Positions 9,231 through 20,665 are shown, numbered from the stretch's first letter. The stretch is 64,000 bases of DNA from Candidatus Bathyarchaeota archaeon (GCA_963833125.1 CAWHWX010000018.1:128499-192498), one strand, 5' to 3'. The notes: a model not told the origin generated them from the sequence alone. Made by a program: numbers and translations.

Positions 9231-9702
9231 CTGCAGGTGCACTTCCTCTAGCGGTCAACTTCACATAGTCAGCATGCACAGTAATTGGAAGGGTAGCGAA
9301 TCCTTCTTCCAAGAGTTCAATCGTCACTTCTTCCTTCAGCTTGTCAACGTTTGTGATTCGCGCCTTCAGTCCCCTGAACGGACCACTTATGACCTCCACG
9401 GAGTCTCCGCTCTTCAGGTCTTCGATTACAGGTTTTGTAACAATGAACCGGTCCAATGCTTCAGCCGAAATCACACCTTTCGTTCGCGCCCTAGCATGGC
9501 GTACGCCCGCGATAAGATCGTCAACGTAGTGTGGCCCAGCCGCTTCCACGAATATGTACCCCTTAACAACGTCAGGTGCTAAGATGCTAACGATCGGGAG
9601 TTTCTTCAAACCTATCCTAGATGCAATAAGATCCACAACCGTTCTTTCTTGGCCGCTGGTAGTTCTCACGGCGTAGATGAGCATTTTACGCTCGGTGCTC
9701 AT
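9208..9702 (-). CDS. spt5: Transcription elongation factor Spt5 (NusG)
   Basis: IYAVRTTSGQE, KGYIFVEA, KOW motif GDSVEVISGPFRG. Confidence 0.96.
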   Translation of the reverse strand: MSTERKMLIYAVRTTSGQERTVVDLIASRIGLKKLPIVSILAPDVVKGYIFVEAAGPHYVDDLIAGVRHARARTKGVISAEALDRFIVTKPVIEDLKSGDSVEVISGPFRGLKARITNVDKLKEEVTIELLEEGFATLPITVHADYVKLTARGSAPAVGREEAS

Positions 9703-9914
9703 CAAGGCGCGGCTCCGGGATTGGCGGCTCCGGTTGACGTTTGCGGGAGCAGGTTGAAGAAGAGAAAGAGAACCCGAATGATGAATCCAAGCGAACCGAC
9801 TATCGCCACTCCTAGAAAGCTGATCTTGACCATCAATGATACCTCGTCCCGTGAAGGCTTCGTTGTGACATGGAGTAGACGTTTGGTTGAATCCCAGAAT
9901 TCGCGTGTGTTCAA
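9702..9914 (-). CDS. secE: Protein translocase SecE/Sec61-gamma
   Basis: KPSRDE followed by a TM helix (GVAIVGSLGFII); upstream of spt5. Confidence 0.9.
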   Translation of the reverse strand: MNTREFWDSTKRLLHVTTKPSRDEVSLMVKISFLGVAIVGSLGFIIRVLFLFFNLLPQTSTGAANPGAAP

Positions 9915-9997
9915 GCATTGTCCCTCTGGATTCTAGTCATTTGCGCTTGGAATGATTTGATGTTGAAAATGAAAGCCCTCTATTTTAACCTTTGAAA

Positions 9998-10798
9998 TTA
10001 CACGCGAACAATTTCGACATTCATTTGCTTCAGATCCCCAAGAAGTACCGATCTTTCGGAGCCGCGAATGCCTTTCCAGTCGATGATCGCAGTTCTGCAA
10101 CCACCTAAGGTTCGCTCGAAAGCCATACGCACCACCGCTTGATCGTAGTCTTCAAAAAAATATTTTGAGAAAATGTGGCTGAAAGCATACCCATCCTTTC
10201 TAAGAGCGTCGCAGTGCTTGTTGCAGTAATGGCCTCCACCAAAGCCAACCACGACTTTCGCTTTGGCAGGACCTGTAGCCGCTTTCCAAATTGCCTCGCT
10301 CGCCGCTGCTCCCGCTCCCATATCGTTCCACTCCTTCTCTGTGCTCCCGATCTCTACGAAAAGTGTAGGAATCCCAAGCTCTGTCGGGCCATGGTGAGTG
10401 GCTTCTAGGGTAACCGCGTAATTCAGTTTCATTGCATCTCGGGCAGTATCCAGAGTCAACAATGCGGTACGCAGACGTCTGGGGTCTGTGTGTGACAGGC
10501 TCTTGGGCTTGCCGCCGAAATCAGACCGGCCGGTTGTATTACCGGTCCAATGAGCCGTCATGGCGGGTTCGTTACTCTCGCTACGATGTCTCGAGGCAAA
10601 GATCACGGCCTCAGGAACGAAATCTACGTCTAGCTTGTCGGTGTAAATGCCCTCCGTCTCGACGTGTTTGAGGAATACGCCCTCGGCCCGAAACAGATCC
10701 TTGGTCTGAGTCTCTTGAAAGGACTTCAAGCGAGTTAGTTGTCGTGCGATGTTTTGCGCTGCCGGGTCAAGCTTAGAGGCGATAATGAGCACCGTCAC
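9998..10798 (-). CDS. dtdA: D-aminoacyl-tRNA deacylase (DTD2/GEK1)
   Basis: FASRHRS, TAHWTGN, EATHHGPT, FVEIGSTE, GFGGGHY. Confidence 0.94.
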   Translation of the reverse strand: MTVLIIASKLDPAAQNIARQLTRLKSFQETQTKDLFRAEGVFLKHVETEGIYTDKLDVDFVPEAVIFASRHRSESNEPAMTAHWTGNTTGRSDFGGKPKSLSHTDPRRLRTALLTLDTARDAMKLNYAVTLEATHHGPTELGIPTLFVEIGSTEKEWNDMGAGAAASEAIWKAATGPAKAKVVVGFGGGHYCNKHCDALRKDGYAFSHIFSKYFFEDYDQAVVRMAFERTLGGCRTAIIDWKGIRGSERSVLLGDLKQMNVEIVRV

Positions 10799-10809
10799 TT
10801 GGTGTTCGC

Positions 10810-11715
10810 CTAGCCAACAATTTTTTCGACCATTTGCCCCGGCTCAAAGGAAATGATGTCTTCGTAATCTTGTCCCACTGTTGCGAAAAGAATCGGTTTA
10901 CCAATAATTGCTGCTATCGATATTGCGCTGCCCCCCTTGACGTCTGCGTCAAGCTTGGTGAGTATAACTCCGTCTATGGGTACGGCCTCTGAGAAGCTGC
11001 GGCCCTGTTCGACTGCGTCATTTCCTGTCAAAGCGTCTACGACTAATATTGTGAGGCTGGGTTTGGCTACTCGAGCTATTTTTTTCATTTCCTCGAGGAG
11101 GTTCTTGTTGGTCTGCATTCTTCCTGCTGTATCAATTAGGACGGCGTTCGTGCCGTGGGCGTTAGCGTAGTTTGATGCGTCGAACGCAACTGCAGCTGAG
11201 TCTCCGCCGTAGTCATGTTTGATGGTTTTGATTCCGATTCTTCGTGCATGTTCTTCGATTTGCTCTATCGACCCCGTTCGGTAGGTGTCGGCTGCGGCTA
11301 TCAGGACCGAGTATCCCTTGTGTTGAAGTAGGTACCCTATCTTGGCAACGGTGCTCGTCTTCCCAGTTCCGTTGACTCCAACGAAGAGTATGATGACTGG
11401 TTTGTGCTGAGCCTTCCCCTCATCTAGCACCTTGAAGAATGTCTCTCCTCCACTCCCTTTCAAGAGATCTAGAAGGACTTCGCTCAGTACGGTTTTCGCT
11501 GGTAGGGTTGCGTCTGAGAATCGCCGAATCTGAGTGGTCTCAAGTTTCTGTCGCAAGCCATCACAAATCTTCTGTGCAACCTCATACGCGACGTCGTTCT
11601 GAACTAGAACGAGGAGGAACTCATCGAGTACTTGTCCGATATCTTTGTCTGATAATTCTCGCTGTGATATCTTTTGAACTAGGCTGCTAACGCCTGATCT
11701 CAACTTCTCGAACAA
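10810..11715 (-). CDS. ftsY: SRP receptor FtsY
   Basis: GVNGTGKT, DTYR, DTAGR, TKLDADVKGG, GQDYED. Confidence 0.97.
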   Translation of the reverse strand: MFEKLRSGVSSLVQKISQRELSDKDIGQVLDEFLLVLVQNDVAYEVAQKICDGLRQKLETTQIRRFSDATLPAKTVLSEVLLDLLKGSGGETFFKVLDEGKAQHKPVIILFVGVNGTGKTSTVAKIGYLLQHKGYSVLIAAADTYRTGSIEQIEEHARRIGIKTIKHDYGGDSAAVAFDASNYANAHGTNAVLIDTAGRMQTNKNLLEEMKKIARVAKPSLTILVVDALTGNDAVEQGRSFSEAVPIDGVILTKLDADVKGGSAISIAAIIGKPILFATVGQDYEDIISFEPGQMVEKIVG

Positions 11716-11772
11716 GTCTCATCGCACACCGCACAAGTCCGAATTAAGTTAAGATTTGAATTGATGTCGACT

Positions 11773-12244
11773 TCAGCTAGCGCGACGTGATGGCTGGGAT
11801 GGCTTGGATGGCTGGGATTGTCGCTGTAGCAGGTCTTCGAGGGCTTCGCGATCCTGCTGATACCGAGTTGCGGTCTGGTCGAGTTGTTGTTGAATGGATG
11901 TCCTAGCCTTATCCAAGTCTTGCAGTCTGCCTTTCAATTCTTCCACGGAGCTCGCAACATCCTTCTCGACCGCAACACCGGCTCCGATGCCCATAACAAG
12001 CTTCTTCGAGTCTGCCACTTGCATTCTAATGTACGAGCCCGCACCCACCGGAACGAGCGTAGACTCTCCATCCTGAAGATTCTTCATTCCTTCAAGAGTA
12101 TTATACGCTAAGGTTACTTCGTTGATCGCGGGTGCGAACGATATCGAGCCTAGATTGGAGGACGCCTATGGATCCTTCAAGGATGCGTATCTCTGAAGCG
12201 AGCTGTCGGACAATGTCCTCTTCCTTCACTTGTGACGATGCCAT
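11773..12244 (-). CDS. pfdA: Prefoldin alpha subunit (frameshifted)
   Basis: LVPVGAGSYI...MGIGAGVAVEK hairpin flanked by coiled coils; between rplX and ftsY. Confidence 0.92.
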
Positions 12245-12248
12245 TTCT

Positions 12249-12458
12249 CTAGGCCTTGGCTTCGGAAGTTTCTTTCGATTCCTGAACGTCTTTTATCTTA
12301 ATCTCGAACTGGCGTGCTCTATGCTTACTCCCCATCTCCGCGTAGAGCCGCTGAAGGGCATGTTCCTTCTTCAGAGCTCTGAATTCCACTGAGAAAGGAA
12401 CCTTCGTAAGGCCTTTTTTTATCTCACCCGTTATCCTGAACTTTTTCACTTCTGACAA
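12249..12458 (-). CDS. rplX: 50S ribosomal protein L18Ae/LX
   Basis: FRITG...FSVEFRALKKEHALQRLYAEMGSKHR. Confidence 0.92.
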   Translation of the reverse strand: MSEVKKFRITGEIKKGLTKVPFSVEFRALKKEHALQRLYAEMGSKHRARQFEIKIKDVQESKETSEAKA

Positions 12459-12520
12459 AGGCTAGTTACCTCGCCCTATGGCTGCGGCGCCCGCTATTAA
12501 TCTGAAGGTTTCCGCAACAG

Positions 12521-14142
12521 TCAAAGTAGTCCAATCGCGAGCCCGTCTCTTCTTGGGTCTGCCGCGCCGTACAGGTTATCGTCTTCCGAGAGTTGTCCCG
12601 CGTGCACACCGCCGAAGTACAACCCAGGATCACTCCTTCCCAATAGTTTTCTAACTTCAACCGAGTGACCCATCTTACGGAGTTCAGTCGCGGTTCGGCT
12701 GGTTAGCGTCTTTTCCAGTTGTAGACGATCCCCGTGGACATGGATCCTTGACGCCGCCACAGCATCTTTCAGTCCCATATCGAACTCTATCACATTCAAT
12801 AGCACTTGTAGAGTCGACGAGACGATTCGAGGACCTCCAGCTGATCCAACCGTCATGATAGGCCTGCCGTTCTTCAGGATGATAGTGGGGTTCATGCTGC
12901 TCATAGGTATCTTCCAAGGTGACACTGAATTGGCCATACCGGGCCTAGGGTCAAAATCATGCATCGTATCATTCAAGATCATGCCAGTACCGGGAACCGT
13001 GATTCCCGAACCGAAATAACATTCCAAGCTCTCAGTCATCGATACAACATTATGCTCAGAATCAATCGCCAAGAAGTGCGAGGTATTCGACGCAGGCATC
13101 AAAGGGTAGCTAGTGGGCTCAGTTGGAATGGAGACTTTGTTCGGATTAATTGTTGACCCGAGTTCTTTCGCGAAATCCTTCGAAACCAACGTACCTGTTG
13201 AGACATCGGTGAAATCCGGGTCAGAAATCCTTGACCTGCAGTTCATATTGGCCCTGGCTAAGGCCTCGGCCAGTATGTGCAATGCTTGAGGGGAGTTCTG
13301 CCCGAAACTCTTCAGTGCACGGTTCTCAAGCATATTGAGCGATTGCAGAATTATTGCTCCACCTGTGCTTGGAGGCGGAGCCGTGATAATTTCATAGTCC
13401 TTGTATGATCCACGAAGTGGTTCCCTCATTGTGGGTTTGTATCGTTCTAGGTCGGTGGAGGTGATGAGGCCGTTGTTTGAAGTCATGTCGTCACAGATTT
13501 TCGTCGCGATGGTTCCATTGTAGAATTCTCCAGCTCCATCAAGTGCTATTTTCGCTAAGTCTTTCGAGGCAGAATAAAGCGAAATCTTCTCGCCTTGGCG
13601 GTAGGGCCGACCTTTGTTGAGGTAGGTTTTCTTTGACTCCTTGAACCGCTTGAGCTTGTTTACGCTTAGCTTCCACGTGAAGGCGAGTACTCTCCCCACG
13701 CGAAAACCCCTTCTGGCACATCTAATCGCTGGTTCAAGTGTGTCTTCCAACTTTGCCGTCCCGTATTTCTCTAGCATCAAAGCATGGCCTGCGATTGCTC
13801 CAGGAACTGCAACGGACTTGTATCCAACCGCATTCTCCTCGCGGACAACTCTTCCCGAACTCGTTAGCTTGAACATGCCTTCAGTCGCATTCAACGGAGC
13901 TCTTTCCGGAAATCGACGAAGAGAGCTTTCTCCTCACGAGCGAGCCAAATTAGCGCAAATCCGCCCCCACCGATTCCAGAGAAAGCGGGTGCGGCTACGC
14001 CTAGAGTGTGCGCAATAGTAACGGCTGCGTCTACGGCATTACCCCCGTGCTTCAGAATACTCAAACCGGACTTTGACGCAATAGGATTCGCAGAGACGAC
14101 TAACCCAGACGTAAACTTACGCAACTCTACCCTTTCGGCCAC
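12521..14142 (-). CDS. ggt: Gamma-glutamyltransferase (frameshift near 13893)
   Basis: GGNAVDAAV, SGIGGGGF, VAVPG, NTSHF nucleophile Thr, SSMNPT, GSAGG, GAADPRRDG. Confidence 0.95.
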
Positions 14143-14186
14143 TCTCCGTCGGTGTTATTAGAAGTTGATGCACTCTGAATTCCGAT

Positions 14187-15395
14187 GTGTTTCGGGTTTT
14201 GCTCGATTTCTGTAAGCTACCGGTTGTGGATGCGCATTGTCATTCGTACCTAAGCTCACCGAAGGTTATGAATGGAACTGATTTTGCGCGCTACTCGAAC
14301 ATTCTTGCGGCACCTCCGACTTTTCTAGATGGGAAATTCAAAGCACGCGCGTCGACCAACTCCAAAGGTCTAGAAGAAGACTTTCAGCTATGGATAGGGA
14401 GCAGCCTTATTCCAATCTGATGCTTCGCTGGCTTTCTGATTTCTTCCATTGCAAGGCCGACTGGGAGGCGGTCGCTAGTGCTCGAAGTGCGAGAGCCCAA
14501 GACTTCGATGTTTACGTGCGGGAATTATTTCAGAACGTTGGGCTTGAGGGCCTCGTTATGGACGGTGCTTATCCTCCCCTGTCCGCGGAGGACATGGGGC
14601 ATTTTCCGGCCAACGTAGTGAAGATATTTCGGCTCGAGCCTTTGATCAACGACTTATTGGCAAAACATGATTCATTTGAGGAGTTTTGCTCGGGATACGA
14701 TTCGGGAATCCGTAAGGCGGTCCAGAACGAGGGGTTTGTTGGGCTGAAGACCATAATCGCATACAGGACTGGGCTCAAGATTAGGAGAGTTGAGGCGAGA
14801 GACGCTAAGAGTGATTTTCAGGCCTGCGCGGAAAGGTAGCGCGGAACAGGCGTGGTTTGGTCCCAACGTGAAGATGCTTCGCGACTTTCTAATCGTTCGA
14901 GCGTTAGAGCTCTCAATCGACTTGGATGTCCCTACACAGATCCACACCGGCGTAGGGGACTACGAGATCTTACTAGACCAATGTGATCCAGGACTTTTGT
15001 TCGGTCTGCTAACAGAGGATAAGATCAGACACGCCACAGTTGTACTGGTCCATTCCGGTTTCCCAAACAACCAGAATGCCGCCTACATGGCCTCAGTCCT
15101 TCCAAACGTCTTTCTCGACTTCTCTCTCACGATTCCATTCTTGAACCCCATCAGCCATCAGCGGCTGATGGAAATCTTGGAGATTGCTCCGAGTTCGAAG
15201 GTTATGTATGGTTCAGATGGTTTCGGCGTGCCAGAAATTTTCTGGTTCAGCGCCAAGCTTGGGAAACGCGTTCTCGAGAAATGTTTCACCCAATTCCGTG
15301 AGGAGAACGTTTTCGACGAGAATGAGATCAACGAGAAAGCGAAGAGGATTCTCTCAGAAAATGCACGGGAACTCTACCAAGTAGGCAACCGTTGA
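14187..15395 (+). CDS. Amidohydrolase family protein, FluG N-terminal-like (two frameshifts)
   Basis: VDAHCH, GLKTIIAYRTGL, QIHTGVGD, VLVHSGFP, MYGSDG. Confidence 0.88.
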
Positions 15396-15531
15396 CATGA
15401 ATGGACGATTGAAGCTGAGTAAGTAAGTTACCATGATTTTCTATTTAGCATCTGTGCGCTCAATACTCCTTCAGCTCTTATAATTCTCCAACAAGCCAGC
15501 TGAGATTTGATTCTGAGGGGTAGGATGGACT

Positions 15532-16026
15532 TTGGGAGACGATGTCACACTGAGGAATGTCGAAGAAAATGATCTGCCTATCTTTTTCGAGTATGAGTCT
15601 GATCCGGCGGCGGTCTACATGGCCGCTTTCACTGCCAAGAATCCAGCGGACAGGGAGGCCTTCGACGCACACTGGAAAAGGATTCTGGGTGACGAGACTA
15701 TAGTTAAGAGAACCATACTTTTCGATGGGTATGTGGTCGGTTCAGTCGCGAGTTTCATCGACCGAGAGTTTGGTAAACGAGAGGTGACCTATTTGATTGG
15801 GAGAGAATATTGGGGAAAAGGCTTTGCCACTAAAGCGCTTTCAAAGTTCTTGAGCGAGGAGAAGGGTCGCCCAATTTATGCTCGTGCTTCAAAAGATAAT
15901 GTTGCCTCCATCCGTGTCTTGGAAAAATGTGGGTTCAAAATTATCGGTCATGGAAAGGGTTTTGCAAATGCACGGGGTAAAGAGATCGAAGAAGTCGTCC
16001 TTGAACTAACAGCCAACATGAAATAG
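15532..16026 (+). CDS. GNAT acetyltransferase, RimJ/RimL-like
   Basis: EVTYLIGREYWGKGFAT, DNVASIRVLEKCGF. Confidence 0.9.
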   Translation: MGDDVTLRNVEENDLPIFFEYESDPAAVYMAAFTAKNPADREAFDAHWKRILGDETIVKRTILFDGYVVGSVASFIDREFGKREVTYLIGREYWGKGFATKALSKFLSEEKGRPIYARASKDNVASIRVLEKCGFKIIGHGKGFANARGKEIEEVVLELTANMK

Positions 16027-16162
16027 CTTCAACTCGTGGCAGCCTGACCGCAAACGAAGAATGCAGATTTGAGCTAGGCATTGTGCATGGGGACCCTAGG
16101 TGAAGCGGGGAAAAGCTGGTTAATGTTATATACACAGCCCATGCCGTACGTATTGAACGGGT

Positions 16163-17770
16163 TTGGCATCATCCAAAGTGTTCGTTAGGAACGCAACTGG
16201 TTTAGTCAGAGAATTCGGCGCACTAGATGCTTTGCTGTTTTCTAGCGCAATGGTGTTCGCACTAATCTTCACAACCGTCCAATTTGCTTGGTTCTACGGA
16301 AATACCGGAGGCGCGAACCTTCCCCTCTCTCTGGTAGTTGCAGCTGTTCCATTCATCTTCCTAATGGTTGCGTATTGGGTTATGGCGGTGGTGATGCCGA
16401 GGACAGGAAACGATTACGTGTGGGTTGGCAGAATCTTCCACCCTGCAATTGGTTTTGCATGGGGTTTGGTGTACATGTTCATCGTCCTTTTCGTCGCCTT
16501 TGTGGGAGCTGGAGTCGCGCCCTTTTCCTATGCATTTTCAATTTCCTTGACCTCGCTTGGATTGATCGAGAACTCACCCTCATTGACCAATTTCGGTAGC
16601 TTCCTTGGCGGCTCGACTGGGACCATTGAGCTTTCGATTCTCCTTACGCTTCTGTTTGCCGCGTTCTCCATCTTCGGATCCAGATTCATCAAAGCCCTCA
16701 TGTACGGTTCCTGGATAGCCGCCGTAGTCGGAATACTGCTAATGTGGTACATCCTCGCAACCATGAATCCCCAAACGTTCGCCTCCAACTGGAACGCCCT
16801 CTTAGTCCCTAGTTTCGGAAACAACGCCACCTACCAAGCCGTCCAATCTTCAGGGCAGTCGGCAGGCTTCACGCTTTCTCCGCCAGGCTTCTCCTCCATT
16901 GCCGTGGCGCTTCCGCTCGCATCGCTGTTTCTCTTAGGAGGAAATTACACAAACGCTTTCGTAGGAGAAATCAAGAACGTCAAGAAATCAATTCCGATCG
17001 CCCTATTCCTGTCCCTACTCTTCGGCATCATATACTGGAGCATAACGGCAACCCTTACCCTAAACGCAGTCGGCGCGAACTGGATGTACGCAGTCGGCTA
17101 CGCGTTCGACAACGGCAAGTTTGCTCTTCCCTTTCCACCGTCGCAGCCGTTGATGCTAGCCGTAGCTGCTTATCCGAACAGCGCGCTCATCTATCTCATG
17201 TTCATCACATATCTACTTGGGTCCTTGGCTCCGATCTTCGCTTACTTCTGGATAGCCAGCAAGTACATGTTCGCATGGGCATTTGACAGAGTAATTCCGT
17301 CTAGGTTCGCGGACATAAGTGAGCGTTTCCGTACGCCGCACCTATCGATCATAGCCGTCGTCGTGCTTGGCATATTGTCCGAAGTGGTCTACTTCTTGTT
17401 AGGCTGGTCTGGCTCATTCACAATGGGAACCGTGATCTGGGACGTTAGCTACGTCGTCCCGGGGCTTGCACTAGCGATCTTCCCATTTGTCAAGAAGGAT
17501 CTTTTCAGCCAGTCTCCCGGCTTCGTGAGATGGAAAATTGGAGGGCTGCCGGTCGTGTCCATTGTAGGAATCATAACTGCAATCGCGTTTGCTTGGGAAG
17601 GATACCTTGGATTCATAACGCCCGCGGCAGCAGTACCGACCCAATTCGGATACTACCTAACAGCCAGCGTTATCATCCTAGCATTCGTCATTTACTTCGC
17701 CTCGTGGGCCTACCACAAACGTGAGGGCCTCGACCTCTCACTTGCGCTGAAAACGATACCACCCGAATAG
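16163..17770 (+). CDS. APC-superfamily amino acid/amine permease
   Basis: FVRNATGLVRE, MPRTGNDYVW, FAWAFDRVIP; ~12-14 TM. Confidence 0.9.
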   Translation: MASSKVFVRNATGLVREFGALDALLFSSAMVFALIFTTVQFAWFYGNTGGANLPLSLVVAAVPFIFLMVAYWVMAVVMPRTGNDYVWVGRIFHPAIGFAWGLVYMFIVLFVAFVGAGVAPFSYAFSISLTSLGLIENSPSLTNFGSFLGGSTGTIELSILLTLLFAAFSIFGSRFIKALMYGSWIAAVVGILLMWYILATMNPQTFASNWNALLVPSFGNNATYQAVQSSGQSAGFTLSPPGFSSIAVALPLASLFLLGGNYTNAFVGEIKNVKKSIPIALFLSLLFGIIYWSITATLTLNAVGANWMYAVGYAFDNGKFALPFPPSQPLMLAVAAYPNSALIYLMFITYLLGSLAPIFAYFWIASKYMFAWAFDRVIPSRFADISERFRTPHLSIIAVVVLGILSEVVYFLLGWSGSFTMGTVIWDVSYVVPGLALAIFPFVKKDLFSQSPGFVRWKIGGLPVVSIVGIITAIAFAWEGYLGFITPAAAVPTQFGYYLTASVIILAFVIYFASWAYHKREGLDLSLALKTIPPE

Positions 17771-17998
17771 GGCCTCTAACGCTCACCGAAGTCGTCAACA
17801 ACAACTGGGACTGTACGCTCAAATTCCGAATCCGCAGAACGGATACAGATTCCGACAATTGGTAGCGTCGAGCCTGAGGACCCAACCCGACAAACAATAA
17901 GCACCCCTTTGCGATCACGGCAGGTAGCGCTTTAGGTAGCGGCAAAGTTCACCTAGAGCGACCGTGTGAATCATACTACAGAATGAGGCCATAGTGAT

Positions 17999-18893
17999 AT
18001 GTCGCCCTTAAGCCGAGATTTCATCGGTTATGGACGAGATGTTCCAAAAGTGCGTTGGCCCAAAGGTGCTAGGTTGGCGCTGACGGTTGCGGTAAACTAT
18101 GAGGCTGGTGGCGAACGGGCTGTTGGGTTCGGGGACGAGGGGCCTGAGACGTTCGGTGAATTTCCTTCCTATGGGACACCGCCAAAACGTGACTTGGCGA
18201 TCGAATCGATTTTTGAATACGAAACCCGCAGTTGCGATCTGGCGAATGCTAGACCTCTTCCAGAAGCATAAGGTAAAGACGACATTTTTCGCGACCGCAA
18301 AGACATTGGAGACGAATCCGGAAGCCGCGAAGGAAATCGTTCGAAGAGGGCATGAGGTTTGCAGCCATGGTTATCGTTGGGTCGAACACTTCACGTTGAC
18401 GAAGGAAGAGGAGCGAGAGGAAATTCGCAAGGCAATCAATGTTATTCAATCAATTACAGGCGATCGGCCGGTTGGATGGTACTGCCGGGAACCCAGCGAG
18501 AATACAATCGAACTCCTTGCCGAGGAGGGGGGCTTTCTCTACGGCTCAGATGTCTACAACGATGATCTGCCGTATTATGTGAAGGCTGGGGGCAAGAGTT
18601 TCCTGCTCATCCCATACACACCAGACGCAAACGACTTTCACTACTTCTCGAACAGGTTTAGCAACTCCGAGGATTTCTACACATACCTCAAGGATTCATT
18701 CGACGTTATGTACGAAGAAGGCCGGAAAAACCCCAAATTGATGAATGTCGGTCTTCATGTTAGAATATCCGGTAGGCCAGGGAGAACTGCAGCGGTCGAC
18801 AGGTTTTTCAGATATGTCAAGGCGAAGCCAAAGGTCTGGGTCGCTCGACGGAGTGACGTCGCGAAATGGTGGCTTGACAGCTACAAGCCTTGA
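17999..18893 (+). CDS. Polysaccharide deacetylase family protein, PuuE allantoinase-like (frameshift near 18228)
   Basis: RDFIGYG..P.VRWPKGARLA..VNYEAGGE, HEVCSHGYRW, DDLPY, GLHVRISGRPGR. Confidence 0.88.
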
Positions 18894-19017
18894 GATCTCA
18901 AAGAATCGCTCAGACGGTCAGAGTATCAAGAACCTCCCTAGGCACCTTCTCAATCTGAAACGTTTTTATGGGTCAGCGGAAATCGTGCCTTAGAAAATTG
19001 ACTAGATGGTCTAATCG

Positions 19018-19674
19018 TTGCCACTTGCTAAGGACGAAATATCTAGGGCACTCGGTGAGTTACGTAAGGTTATAACCAAAAAGAAATTCACGCAATCCAT
19101 CGATCTAGTCGTACGACTCCGCGAAGTTGACCTGAAGAAACCGGAGAACCGTATCAACGAAGCCATCGCGCTGCCCAATCCTCCTGAGAAAGGTCTGAAG
19201 GTTTGTGTAATTGCCTCAGGGGACTTGGCCACACGTGCGAAAGCGGCTGGAGCAGATATGCTCGTCGGCAGGCAAGAGATTGAAAACTTAGCTAAGGACA
19301 AGAAAGGAGCCCGAAAGTTGGCGCAGGAATACGACTTCTTCATCGCCGAGGCGCCTCTCATGCCACTCGTCGGAAGAGCTCTAGGCTCATTCCTCGGCCC
19401 TCGAGGCAAGATGCCCACACCCATCCCACCGAATGCGCCAATCGACCAAGTAATCGTTAACCACCGCAAAATGGTCCGCGTACGAATGCGAGAGCAACCA
19501 GTCCTACAGTGTCGGGTGGGAACGGAGACCATGCCTGACGAGAAACTAGTCGAGAACATTCAGACAGTTGTCTCAAGAATCGAGCAGAAACTTGAGAGAG
19601 GCTTCAAAAACATCGGCGAAATCCTAGTCAAGGGAACGATGAGCAAACCAGTAAAAATCAACCTCTCAAAGTGA
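19018..19674 (+). CDS. rpl1: 50S ribosomal protein L1
   Basis: FTQSIDL, LGPRGKMPTP, VGTETM, KGTMS. Confidence 0.97.
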   Translation: MPLAKDEISRALGELRKVITKKKFTQSIDLVVRLREVDLKKPENRINEAIALPNPPEKGLKVCVIASGDLATRAKAAGADMLVGRQEIENLAKDKKGARKLAQEYDFFIAEAPLMPLVGRALGSFLGPRGKMPTPIPPNAPIDQVIVNHRKMVRVRMREQPVLQCRVGTETMPDEKLVENIQTVVSRIEQKLERGFKNIGEILVKGTMSKPVKINLSK

Positions 19675-19680
19675 TTAAGA

Positions 19681-20613
19681 ATGCTCACTCAACAGGTCGC
19701 CGTTTGGAAGAAAGAAATCTTCGACGACCTGATTGAACTACTCAACAAATACTCAGTCATCGCCGTAGCCGACTTACAGAAAGTACGTTCATCTCAGATT
19801 CAGGAAATCAGAAAGAAGCTACGTGGCAAAGCCGAACTCGTGGTAGCTAAGAATACGATTCTGCGGAAGGCTGCCGAGAAAGCAGCGGGCCAGAAAGAGA
19901 AGGTGAATCAGTTCGCAGATTCCCTGACGGGATCGAAAGTTCTGATCTTTACCCAAATGAACCCATTCGAACTAATCATCTTCCTCAACAAGAACAAAGT
20001 TAGAGTACCTGCCAAAGGGGGAGACATCGCTACAAGCGACATAATGATCCCCGGCGGAAACACCGGTATACAACCTGGGCCGGTCATAAGCGAATTCAAC
20101 GAAGCGAAGGTGCAAACGCGAATTGAAGGCGGTAGCATCTTCGTCGTCAAGGATACCGTAGTTGTAAGGAAGGGGGACGTAATCCCGGTCAAAACAGCGT
20201 CACTGCTTTCGAAACTTGGAATGAAACCGATGGAAGCTGGGCTCTCCCTCTCATACGCTTACGATAACGGCTCACTCCTCGGCCCGAACGATCTCGCCTT
20301 CGACCTCGACAAAATGAAAGCCGACATATCCTCAGCTGCACGACTGGCTTTCGGGGTCGCGGTTGAAGCGAATATCATGTTGCCCGAGACGGCACCCATG
20401 ATAATCTCCAAAGCGTATCGGCAAGCGGTCGAAGTTAGCGTTGAGGCAGGATTCTTCACCAAACAAACCACCGACCTCATTATCCGAAGGGCATATGCTA
20501 GCGCTAGTGCACTTTCGTCGGCAATTTCAGCAGTAAAGCCTGAAGCACTCACGCCACAACAAACCGCCGAAGCTCCGCCAGCAGAAACTCCGCCAGCAGA
20601 AGGAAAAGGTTGA
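19681..20613 (+). CDS. rplP0: 50S ribosomal protein L10 (P0)
   Basis: QEIRKKLRG, KNT, PAKGGDIA, TGIQPGP. Confidence 0.97.
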   Translation: MLTQQVAVWKKEIFDDLIELLNKYSVIAVADLQKVRSSQIQEIRKKLRGKAELVVAKNTILRKAAEKAAGQKEKVNQFADSLTGSKVLIFTQMNPFELIIFLNKNKVRVPAKGGDIATSDIMIPGGNTGIQPGPVISEFNEAKVQTRIEGGSIFVVKDTVVVRKGDVIPVKTASLLSKLGMKPMEAGLSLSYAYDNGSLLGPNDLAFDLDKMKADISSAARLAFGVAVEANIMLPETAPMIISKAYRQAVEVSVEAGFFTKQTTDLIIRRAYASASALSSAISAVKPEALTPQQTAEAPPAETPPAEGKG

Positions 20614-20665
20614 AAAGAGGGGCTTCGGGTAACCACAGGAATCCCGTTAAAATTCGGTGTAAAAA

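Noticed and set aside
9208-9918. Long Spt5 ORF with an N-terminal extension
   Set aside because: The upstream part overlaps secE in another frame; homology begins at ATG 9702
11790-11820. Short repeat (TGGCTGGGA-like) at the pfdA 3' end
   Set aside because: Encodes a low-complexity SQPSKPSQPS tail; not an independent element
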